Assembly (NCBI RefSeq): GCF_006345805.1
Contig: NC_043010.1
Span: forward strand, 48,050,001-48,114,000
Source: Octopus sinensis
Lineage: Eukaryota
Reading direction: 5' to 3'
Length of the DNA: 64,000 bases
Under the pieces are notes generated by a model. It had not been told where the DNA came from. It saw only the letters and a program-made list of their open reading frames with translations, and searched no databases. Positions 11,395 through 22,670 of the stretch are shown here, one piece after another. Both the position numbers and the translations under genes were made by a program. Numbering within the stretch: position 1 is the stretch's first letter; each line of letters opens with the position of its first letter.

Positions 11395-11690
11395 GGGCAA
11401 ATCAGTGCACTGGGCCCTATCGTATTTATTTACTGATTGCAAACCACAGAATACATAGATTAGAATAGGGATCCTAGACCTGTGAAGTTCCTGAGAAAAT
11501 CAGTGCATTGGATCCTATAGTATTTATTTATTAACAATAAGCCACAGTATACATGGATTAGAAGTAGGCTCCTAGACCTGTGCAACCCTTGGGCAAATCA
11601 ATGCATTGGGCCCCTATAGTTTTTGTTTATAGATAGTAAGCCACAGAATACATAAATTAGAATTATGCTCCTGGACCTGTGCAGACCCTG
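11395..11690. repeat. 3 x 98-bp diverged tandem repeat
   Basis: Units start at 11395, 11493 and 11591 (gggcaaatcagtgca...ccacagaatacat...cctagacctgtg). Confidence 0.75.
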
Positions 11691-12749
11691 GCAAACTGAC
11701 CTGTATGTCAGTGCCTTAAGACGATCGTGCATGCAATTTCCTTCCTCAAGCTGGAGGTATTATGTTATAGATTGTAAGAAACTTGCCTAGGGAAACAAAA
11801 ATAACAGAAAATTAGGACGTGAAATTAAAGGATAATTTGGGCGATCTAAATATATGTGACTATCTTTACATTTTACAGGCACTGATCTCATAAGTGAAAT
11901 TTAATAAAATTAGTTTTTGAAGAGAAACGAGACGAGCATTAAATATTTCTCAATTTTGCAGTGTTTCGTCCGTTTTTGTATTATGAGTTCAAACTTCGCC
12001 GAGGTCGACTTTAACTTTCATCCTTTCAGGTTCGATAAGATAAGTACTAGTTGAACACTAAGGTCAAATACAATCGATTTAGCCCTATCCTCGAAATTTC
12101 TGGCTTTGTGCCAAAATTTGAAATCAATAATTTTGCGCTAATAAAATTTTTTCCAAGGGAGGTAACTTAACACAAATCCCATTAAAACCTGTTACGCTAT
12201 TTGGGTATTATGACCCTATTTTGTAATATAGAATATAATTGAAATTAGATTATTTATTGCTAATTTTTCTTCTGGGAGATGGTATCATCTATTACTTCTC
12301 GATAACCATTAGCACACAGGCGTCATTCACAAACAACCTGGACATTTTACGTTGAATTTGCAGCATGTCTATGTACAGAATAGCAAAAGATCCTTCAGTG
12401 GAGACAGAATAATTTAATCGTTTTCAAAAGCACCACGACATAATCACTATATATATATATACTTCCAAATAACAGTATTTTCTTCGGTGTCTGATTTCAT
12501 CCAACAGTTTCTTAGCAAACACGAGAACAAATTTTAAAGTTATATTTAAAATGACTTCTTGGCTAGTTTAGTCTAAGTAAAGTTATCTACCTTGAAATAA
12601 TCCTCAACAGGGGAAACTCCATCTCTTTAATAATCCCAATAAAATAAACATGAACAAGATCTCTTTGATAGCAAAAATAATTCTGGGCACAATCTTCAGA
12701 GTAGATAAAATAAGTGCTTCAGTAGTTAAGAGAAGTGGTACCGACTAAC

Positions 12750-12899
12750 TTGTGATATTTCGACGACCTCTGATGCAAGAACATGCGTCAAGAGAGAAGA
12801 TGGTTCCGAGAGGACACGGCATCCGGTAATTGTAGCCGTGAACGTCTTGTATGTAGAAGCGTACGTCATCTAAAGCTGCTTTTTTGGTACAAAGTGGGA
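12750..12899 (-). CDS. Pif-like gene exon 4: third Cys-rich module
   Basis: 150 nt, phase 1-1, ttttaaaatttcag|TC...ACAA|gttagt. Encodes (I)PLCTKKAALDDVRFYIQDVHGYNYRMPCPLGTIFSLDACSCIRGRRNIT, with the MPCPxGTxF...CSC motif seen before the LamG domain in Pif-like proteins. Absent from the ORF track. Confidence 0.9.
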
Positions 12900-13838
12900 C
12901 TGAAATTTTAAAAAATACATGATATATTATTCATTTCACATGTCTCGTTGTGTACTGTTGCATTTTATAAATGTACGTGTTTTAATATGAGTTTAATGTA
13001 TGTAATTATGTTTGTATGTGACAGGAGACCGTTTGCTAAGATGGAAGAGTGATTGGGAAGTTCGCTTCAGAATCATGAAATCCTGGGTTCGAATCTTCTA
13101 GAATCACTGTGCAGCATCTTGAGCAAATGGGATCGTTTCTGTTTGACACTGCAGTCTCGAGTCGATCCAAGTAGATTGTGAATGAAATTGAGGAAACGGA
13201 AGCCGCGTGGAAGCAAGTCAGGAAGATTGTACTTATAATTCAAAAGTCTAGCCTCGTCACATACTATGTCATGTTGATTCAACCTGAGAATTGTTTGAAG
13301 GGTGCAGGTATTTGTGAATCACTTAGTCAGTTTACATTTTAATAAACGAGTACTTAATTCAGTTGGTGGAACAATTAAATGCTCCTGGTCAAAACCGATG
13401 AAGGATCCAATCAAGACATTGAATCTGGTAACTGCAGGATACGCAAAACTCTCCGCCCACTTTCCTGAAAACGACAACGTCATCTTTTTGAGAGACAGCT
13501 GTCACTCTTGCAACAGGGTAGATGAATATTAAAACAGTCTTTACTCGATATGAAGCGAGGTGTATATACATTCCAGCCTCAGTACTAAGTATTTGTATCT
13601 AGCTAACCGTACATGTTACAATATGTTTCTTACATCTTGTCGACTCTATGTGAAGATTTTTGTAATTCATGACCAACTTCAGTATGTCTTGTGCAGCGTA
13701 AATAAAATCTAATTTAATGTTGGAACGGTGTTTTTGTTTCAATTACACGCAACCTCACAAGCATAACCAACCAACAACACGCAGAGTTACATGTTTATAC
13801 ACATTAAGTATACTACAAAGATAGTTATAAAAACTTAC

Positions 13839-14051
13839 TTAGCGGTGGACTGTCTGACACAAGAGTAATTTTGTTGTGGCAGTTGGAACGACACAGTTTA
13901 TCTTCCACACATTTCTGTGAAATTTCATCAAATCTGTAACGATCTTCGCAACAAGTACGTTGACTTTCCCGTGTCCCGTTTTTACATTTATAGTAGGCAG
14001 CACAGGAAAAAACCTCACGATAAGCAATCCTTCCAGGTTGTTTGCAAGGAT
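13839..14051 (-). CDS. Pif-like gene exon 3: second Cys-rich chitin-binding-type module
   Basis: 213 nt, phase 1-1, aatttatttcag|AT...CTAA|gtaagt. Hand translation: (D)PCKQPGRIAYREVFSCAAYYKCKNGTRESQRTCCEDRYRFDEISQKCVEDKLCRSNCHNKITLVSDSPPL. The ORF track shows only a wrong frame (13839..14075). Confidence 0.9.
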   Translation of the reverse strand: MLANNLEGLLIVRFFPVLPTINVKTGHGKVNVLVAKIVTDLMKFHRNVWKINCVVPTATTKLLLCQTVHR

Positions 14052-14566
14052 CTGAAATAAATTATCGAAATTCATTAGGTTTCAAGAAAAGAAATGTCTG
14101 AATTCAGGTCGATGAACTATTTTCTGTTATTTAATTTCATTTGAGTTTGTTTATTAGATTATGGAATTTCAGCATGAATTTGAATTCAAATTTGATGTTT
14201 CGTTATAAGAGCATCCCAATTTTAATTTCTGAGAACACATCACAATTTTCAATTTGAAAGTTTAAAAAAAAAAATGAGATTGAAAGTAACGAAGGAGAAA
14301 GTGAAAGCTAAAAATGAAAAAGAACCAAAATAAGTTTTCATGGTTTTAACACGTGAAACTATGCACCTTCATGCTAGAGTAAAAAAAAAATTAACATATA
14401 GGTGTTCTGAAGAGAGGAATTTAGAAAATGCATATATATACGCAGGTGTGGCTGTGGTGTGGTAAGTAGCTGCGTGGTACCTTAGGCAAGTGGCTTCTAA
14501 TATAGCCTCGGGCTGGCCAAAGCCTTGTGAGTGGATTAGGTAGACGGAAACTGAAAGAAGCCCGTC

Positions 14567-14613
<47 letters not shown>

Positions 14614-14616
14614 CAT

Positions 14617-14665
<49 letters not shown>

Positions 14666-15301
14666 ATATATATATGTATATATCTGTGTGTGTATGTATG
14701 TTTGTGTGTCTGTGTTTGTCATCCCAACATCGCTTGACAACCGATGCTGGTGTGTTTATGTGCCTATAACTTAGCGGGTCGGCAGAAATACCGATAGAAT
14801 AAGTACTAGGCTTACAAGGAATAAGTCCTAGTGTCGATTTGCTCGACTAAAAGTGGCGCTCCTGCATGGCCACAGTCGAATGACTGAAACAAATAAAAGA
14901 ATAAAAAAATATATTATACAAACTCAAGGTTTGTCTGTTTTCCTGTCATTTGATTAAGATGATAAAGATTTAAAATAAAATCTCCCTTTAAGAAAAAAAC
15001 AAAACAAAAACAAGTTGAAAATATCGACACTTCAAAGAGGCGTCATCTGTCCGTCCTTTCTTCCTAACTTTCTTTTTTCTTCCCTTAATCATTTATACAA
15101 CTTTCGGAGTGGTGTGGACTTGAAAGACAGAAATTCTCCCTATATTTTTTATGAGATATTTTTGAATCACGGGTACTTGATTTTTTTCTTAAAGGGAAAA
15201 ATTACTATTTTATTTAAAATGAAATAATCTTTAATCATCTTAATCAAAAGGCAGAAAAAGAAACTGAGAGACTATCTTTTTGTAGACGAAGATCAGTAGC
15301 A

Positions 15302-15600
15302 ATGGGAGGAGTTGAATCACATAAGAATGGAAAAGCAAACAACAACGAATGGGTTGTACCCTATAACGAAGCTCTTTTAAGAGCATTCAAATACCACTGC
15401 AACGTAGAAATCGTTGCCTCAATGAGGTCAATCATGAACGTCATCAAGTACACGCTGAAAGGAAATGACCGAGCTGCTGTTCAAATAAACAATGATAAAT
15501 GATAATGGAATTAGTCAATATCTAATGAGTAGGTTTATTGGACTATCCGAAGCAGTTGCAGCGATTTTGGGATTTCCAATTCATGGAAGAGCACCTGCAA
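15302..15600 (+). mobile_element. Fragment of an autonomous Helitron Rep/helicase ORF
   Basis: Two frames give NEWVVPYNEALLRAFKYHCNVEIVASMRSIMNVIKYTLKGNDRA and ISQYLMSRFIGLSEAVAAILGFPIHGRAPAIV. These match the conserved Helitron segment WVVPYNP...HINVE...KY..KG.D / EA.WRI.GFPIH. Confidence 0.85.
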
Positions 15601-15615
15601 TAGTGTGTATATATA

Positions 15616-15666
<51 letters not shown>

Positions 15667-15673
<7 letters not shown>

Positions 15674-16138
15674 AAACTCGAATAAAATTGTGATGTGTTT
15701 CTGTATGTGTGCACACATAATAATCATAATTTTATAATCATAATCATAATTTACACCATGTAAAAGCTATGCGTAGAAAAAATGTTTTAAAAATCAATTT
15801 ACCTCAAATTTATGAGGAAACAAAATCAGCAGAAGTATTGTTGCTTTTCATCCTTTCGAGGCCGATCTATGCCAACAGACAATGGGCTAACAAGGTATGA
15901 TACCGCTCAAATCACTTTCTAACCACATGGCTCCAACAAGTGAAATGATAACACTATATCTTTGTAACGCTCTTATATTATTGCCTCCACCAAGTTTGGG
16001 ACGGATATAAGTGCAGTGTAAGCCAAACTCATGGCATATGTCAGCAGTGTCATTACTGCAGACATCTCTGTTCAATAATATAAACTAGATATAGTGCAAT
16101 AGTTCGATTAAGTGTGAGAAATTATTAATGATATATAT

Positions 16139-16182
<44 letters not shown>

Positions 16183-16654
16183 ATACAGAATGAAACTCGA
16201 ATAAAATTGTGATGTGTTTCTGTATGTGTGCACACATAATAATCATAATTTTATAATCATAATCATAATTTACACCATGTAAAAGCTATGCGTAGAAAAA
16301 ATGTTTTAAAAATCAATTTACCTCAAATTTATGAGGAAACAAAATCAGCAGAAGTATTGTTGCTTTTCATCCTTTCGAGGCCGATCTATGCCAACAGACA
16401 ATGGGCTAACAAGGTATGATACCGCTCAAATCACTTTCTAACCACATGGCTCCAACAAGTGAAATGATAACACTATATCTTTGTAACGCTCTTATATTAT
16501 TGCCTCCACCAAGTTTGGGACGGATATAAGTGCAGTGTAAGCCAAACTCATGGCATATGTCAGCAGTGTCATTACTGCAGACATCTCTGTTCAATAATAT
16601 AAACTAGATATAGTGCAATAGTTCGATTAAGTGTGAGAAATTATTAATGATATA
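15667..16654. repeat. Exact 519-bp-period tandem duplication bounded by (TA)n
   Basis: Units start at 15667 and 16186; identical spurious ORFs at 15887..16075 and 16406..16594. Confidence 0.95.
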
Positions 16655-18074
16655 TATATATATATCAAATGGAACAAAAACGCAATAGAGGACAATAAAA
16701 CATCTGGGCAGATAGACGATACAAGGCAGACAGGAAAACCAACAATTAGAGGGACAGGTCATTCGTGGCGCTTTTTCGTCAGTCAAATCACTAGAAGTCC
16801 TTATAGTTTTGGGAAGTTACATTGAGTCTGTTCGATCTGCATGCCCCACCACCGAAAGTCCATCTTCTATGTTCCTGATTTAAGGCTTTCACTCTATACA
16901 CCCCAGCTCAATCTGATTCGTCCTCAGTCGAAAGACACCTTGTTGTTTGTATTTGTTATTATGTAACATGTTCTCCGTTTTTGTCTTTGTTGTCATAAAC
17001 ATTCGCTTGCTTTCTTACAAAAAATCTAATGCTTTTACACGTTTTGGTGGGCAACCAGATCGAACAGTCTCAAGTGTAAATGCCCGAAACTGTAACGACA
17101 TCTGGTAACTTGACTGACGAAAGAACGTCACGAATGACCCGTCCTTTCCTGTTTGTTGTTTTTCCTGTCCGCCTTGCATCATCTATCTGTCCGGATGTTT
17201 TATTGTCCTCTATTGCGTTTTTGTTCCATTTCTATATTTATATATATAAATATAAAGGCGTACGTACACCTTTGCTCAGAATCGTTGGCATGTCGGCCGG
17301 AATGCTTAGCGGTATTTCGTCTGCCGTCACGTTCTGAGTTCAAATTCCGCCGAGGTCGACTTTGCCTTTCATCCTTTCTGGGTCGATTAAATAAGTACCA
17401 GTTACGCACTGGGGTCGATATAATCGACTTAATCCGTTTGTCTGTCCGTGTTTGTCCTCTCTGTGTTTAGCCCCTTGTGGGTAGAAAAGAAATAGGTATT
17501 TCGGCTGCCGTTACGTTCTGAGTTCAAATTCTGCCGAGGTCGACTTTGCCTTTCATCCTTTCGGGGTCGATTAGATAAGTACCAGTTAGGCACTGGAATC
17601 GTTGTAATTGACTTAATCGCTTTGTCTGTCCTTGTTTGTCTCCTCTATGTTTAGCCTCCTGTGGGCAATAAATAAATAAATAAATAAACGTATATTTGCC
17701 ATTTAAATATGGCTAACCCCTAAGGGTGGATGCTACTGTAGTTTGTAGCCCCAGGAGGACACCTCCCCCAGCTGGCTATAGACACACTTTCTGTGCCCTA
17801 TCAGTATTTGCAAAGGGAAGCCATCCTTCCCGTCTTCAACTGATGATACACACGGACTCGAGTTTCTGGGTATTGACCTGTCATCGGCGTGTGACAATCA
17901 CAGTTGTCGATGAGAAGTAGGTTCCCTTCACAAATACTTAAACCTTTTTCCAGTATCAATAGACACTGATATCGAAAAAGTGTAAACAAGCAATAATAAA
18001 TCTCAGAGCGAGTTATAAACAGTAGTTACAACACATCGTGACGTACATTTATAACTCGCTCTGAGATGTATTAT

Positions 18075-18149
<75 letters not shown>

Positions 18150-18152
<3 letters not shown>

Positions 18153-19829
18153 ATATATATAAAACTCTAGTTGTGTGAGTGTCTGTCTCCTTCGATTTAG
18201 ATTCCTAACTCCTCCCACATTTTGCGGTGCAGTTTAACCAAATTCGGGTATCTTATAGTCGTGATTCATATCGAGCCCGTCTGACTATTAGCGCGCGTCA
18301 ACGATGAGTCTACGATTTTAAAAATAATTTAACATCATTTTTTATTCCATTTTAATGCATAAAATGCATCGTATGTCGATGGCGGCGGAGTTGGCGTCCA
18401 CGCTCACAGCTGCACCTGTTTGCTTCTCCCCCTTCCCTCCCTCGTGAAGCTGTGGGGAAGGGAGTGTAAAGAAATCAACGTCGTAATGCGTTGTGAAGGA
18501 AACCAGCGTTCTTTTAGAACAACGACTTCATGGCTTGAAGACACCAAAACAAAAATGGCTAAGAAAGCCCGCATTGGCATCTATAAGGGAAGTAACTCTC
18601 TAAAAATGCTTATATAGTTATTTCCCTTACAAACCCGAGCAACGCCGGGCGATACTGCTAGTATATATATAAAACTGTAGTTGTGTGAGTGTCTGTCCTC
18701 TTCGATTTAGATTCCTAACTACTCTCACATTTTGCGGTGCAGTTTAACTAAATTCGGGTATCTTATAGTCGTGATTCATATCGAGCCCGTCTGACTATTA
18801 GCGCGCGTCTACGATGAGTCTACGATTTTAAAAATAATTTAACATCATTTTTTATTCCATTTTAATGCATAATTTTTCGTGTGTCGATGGCGGCGGAGTT
18901 GGCGTCCATGGTCACACCTGCACCTGTTTGCTTCTCCCCCTTCTTCCCTCCCTCGTGAAGCTGTGGGGAAGGGAGTGTAAGGAAATCAACGTCGTAAAGC
19001 GTTGTCAAGGAGACCAGCGTTCTTTTAGAACAACGACTTCATGGCTTGAAGACGCCAAAACAGAAATGGCTAAGAAAGCCCGCATTGGCATCTATAAGGG
19101 AAGTAACTCTCTAAAAATGCTTATATAGTTATTTCCCTTACAAACCCGAGCAACGCCGGGCGATACTGCTAGTATATATATAAAACTGTAGTTGTGTGAG
19201 TGTCTGTCTCCTACGATTTAGATTCCTAACTACTCCCACATTTTGCGGTGCAGTTTAACCAAAACCGGGTATCTTATAGTCGTGATTAATATCGAGCCCG
19301 TCTGGGTATTAGCGCGCGTCTACGATGAGTCTACGATTTAAAAAATAAGTTACCATAATTTTTTTCCATTTTAACGCATATTTTTTCGTGTGTCGATGGC
19401 GACGGAGTTGGCGTCCATACTCACACCTGCACCTGTGTTGCTTCTCCCCCTTCTTCCCTCCCTCGTGAAGCTGTGGGGAAGGGAGTGTAAGGAAATCAAC
19501 GTCGTAAAGCGTTGTCAAGGAGACCAGCGTTCTTTTAGAACAACGACTTCATGGCTTGAAGACACCAAAACAGAAATGGCTAAGAAAGCGTCTACGATGA
19601 GTCTACGATTTAAAAAAAAATTTACCATCATTTTTTCCATTTTAATGCATTTTTTCGCTATTATATAAGGGAAGTAACTCTCTAAAAATGTCTACGATGA
19701 GTCAACGATTTAAAAAAAAAATTACCATAATTTTTTATTCCATTTTTTTGCTATTTTTTATAACTCTCTAAAAATGCTTATATAGTTATTTCCCTTACAA
19801 ACCCGAGCAACGCCGGGCGATACTGCTAG
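18150..19829 (+). mobile_element. Head-to-tail trimer of a non-autonomous Helitron
   Basis: Units 18150-18661, 18662-19172 and 19173-19829. 5' TC; each unit ends with the hairpin cccgagcaacgccggg followed by gatactgCTAG and T. Confidence 0.85.
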
Positions 19830-21295
19830 TATATATATATATATATATATAGATGAGTATCTGTGAGTAATTCTGTGTTTGTCCCCCACCACCGCTTGAA
19901 AACTGGTGTTGGTGTGTTTACGTCCCCGTAACATAGCGGTTTGGCAAAAGACCGATAGAATAACTAGGCTTTTAAATAAATAAGTTCTGGGGGTCGATTT
20001 GTTTGACTAAAACCCTTTAAGTTGGTGCCCCATCATGGCAGCAGTGAAATGACTGAAACAAGTAAAAAGAAAAGAAGCAAATATTACTGCACCACACACA
20101 CCTTCATTTACTCATGCATATATACTTTTTTTTCTGACAACTACTTTCCCCAAACGGATTTAAAAAAAGAAAGAGAAACGTGGTGTAACTAACGCAAAAG
20201 AAACAATGGAGTCGAGGGAAGATTAAGATCTTTCCAATGACATATAGTTAGCATTATCAATGAACTAAAATGTCCTAATCTAGATTGTGAGATTAAGCGA
20301 GCTAGAGATATCTACTGTCACAACATCTAGATCTACTATGGTCGAAAGAGTTTCTAAGCGGTTGCTTGAACTGTTTGAAATAACAGCCAAACCTCCTTTA
20401 GACCGAATCCAGGTAAAAAAAAAAAAAAGTCATAGGGAAAAAAGTCACGGAAAAAAAGTGACAGGGATTTTCTCTAGATCCCATAAATTAATTTTGACTT
20501 TTTTCCTAGCCCAAATTGTGACTTTATTACCGGTTACCTTAGAGACCACACCCTACCGTCTTATATAAGATATATTTGATTATGTAACACTAAATACATT
20601 ATATCTGACATGGTAATCACGTTTTGTATGTCTGTGATTATAAGCTTGCTCGGTCAGAACTGACTTGGGACTAAACAACATTAATAACAAAACAATAAGA
20701 GAACTAAAGCAGAGTTATTATCAAACAAATCTATTGTTGCATCATACAGGACATAACTGCTTATGCAGACACACATACTTTAATTCCACCGAACTAATGA
20801 CTTCTATGAAGATCCAGCGACATCATACGTTAATAAAATAGAGAATCAGTAAGACATTGGAGTCGATTTGATGAGGGAATTATGATAGAACACTTTCCGT
20901 ATTGAGAAACGTGTTGCATGTACTACTTTCATTTCAAGATATTTTCTAATTTATCAATAATGGACGTCAAGGTTTTTGCACGCTGTTATAAAACTGATTC
21001 GTTCTTACTGTTACGCAACTCCAGATCTGTCGTCGTTGGGAAAATCTATATATAGCATGTAGAATGCCGTTTTTAAGGCATAGACACACTGGGCAGTTGC
21101 TACGGGGCCAACATTTAATCTATATATTCCACGGCTTGCTGTCAATAAATAAATGCTATAGGGCCCAGTGCACTGAAGTGCAAAAAACGGCACTGCATGT
21201 AGGTAGCCGGCCGAATGACGAGGCGATCCACAGATTCATAACTCCATGATTTCATCGTTACTTGCCCACATCACTCTCTGGTGAGCACATCATTT

Positions 21296-21829
21296 GGATC
21301 TTTTCCTTTTGAACGGCACACAATTTCTAGTTAACTAAACACTTTAAAAATTCGTATACTGGTAGAATGTGTCAAAATAAAACATTTTTTTCTCTTGGCT
21401 TTCTTGATAAAATTGTAATTCGTTTGTTTAACGTAGTTTAATTTTTCGAATTTTAACCAATGTATCGCCTCTAATTGAGCTAAAATCATTTGCTGCGTCT
21501 AAAACTGAGACAACATCCTGTCACTAACCCTACACCTCACCCTAACCCTAAATTTTTTTCTTAATTGTTAAATTAATTTAATTGTTACGCTTTCGTTGTC
21601 TCAGTTTTAGACGCAGCAAATGATTTTAGCTCAATGGAGGTAATTGATTGGTTAAAATTGCCGAAATGCTCGAAATTTCACACGAAATATCTTACAAACT
21701 ATAGAATTTTCTCAATAAAACCAAGAGAAAATGATGTTTTATAAACACATTCTACCAGTATACGAAGTTTAAAACTTTTTAGTTACCTAGAAATTATGTT
21801 ACAAAGTGCCGTTCAAAAGGAAAAGATCC
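21296..21829. mobile_element. MITE with ~220-bp TIRs and an 8-bp TSD (Merlin-like)
   Basis: TIRs GGATCTTTTCCTTTTGAACGGCA / TGCCGTTCAAAAGGAAAAGATCC; TSD CATCATTT at 21288-95 and 21830-37; central ccctaa-type repeats. Confidence 0.85.
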
Positions 21830-21869
21830 CATCATTTGTGTACAAGACATTTTAACCCAGCTCTATCTT

Positions 21870-22670
21870 TTTCTCTGTCTGTTACTCTCCTCATTTCTAT
21901 ATGCTTTTATGCATCTTCAATTCTGGGTCTTTACATCACGTATATTTTCCTCTTTGCCTACTTTACCCTATCACAATCTACCATTACATTTTAAACCCTC
22001 TTTGATTTGATCCTTACAATTCTCTTTTGCGCATATCGTATTTAATCTTAATCTCTATTTAACCATAATATTTCCTTCCATATTCTAACACTATTTCTCA
22101 CGGTACTCCTACTGATTTTTAAATTTTCCTCAGGAATTTCGATTTTGTATTTTCTTTCAATTTTCTTTTCTGTTTCTTCTCATTTCCTTGGATTCTTTAC
22201 TTCTATACTGTTTTCTTTACTAAAAATAAAAAAAACAACTTATTTTCAATTTGTCAGACTTCTCAGTTCATTAATTCAGTTGTCATGTTTCCTCTTCCAT
22301 TTATTCAATTAATGTTCCTCGCAATTTTTTTATTTCTCCCGAGTTAATTAACTCCTACATTCACGCAAATATTTTCTAAATAGTTGTGTAGGAGTAAGTC
22401 CTTGTTCCTGTCTGACTGAACAATAGTGTTCATTTTAATTGTTCATACGCAACATTATTTGATATTGTGTTTTGTTTAATAACTCTCTAATTTTTCGTGA
22501 CGTCTGCTTATATTTCTGAATTTGCCAATGTTGATAGCTTTATTGTTGTTTCAACAAATGATGCTCTTACTTTCATAACTGCATCTATTACCAATTGATA
22601 ACTTTCTTTTTCTCTCCCGGATATGTCAATCATTGACTGAGAGCCACACTTTACATTCTTAACACGCAAC
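21870..22670 (-). mobile_element. Highly degenerate coding-like relic, possibly an L1/Tx1 LINE 3' region
   Basis: Purine-rich minus strand with WKEILWL..RLRLNT.CAKENC-like residues and many stops. Confidence 0.3.

Noticed and set aside
14406-14430. Other isolated CTGANGA...GAAA pairs (14406, 38468, 46676, 48168, 56085)
   Set aside because: No complementary stem II or stem III; expected by chance in AT-rich DNA.
15887-16075. Cys-containing ORF MNRDVCSND... (duplicated at 16406..16594) as an extra module exon
   Set aside because: Wrong phase, no ChtBD2 spacing and no good donor.
17075-17140. GCCCGAAAC...CTGACGA as a type-II hammerhead
   Set aside because: Stem I and stem II do not pair in the required register.
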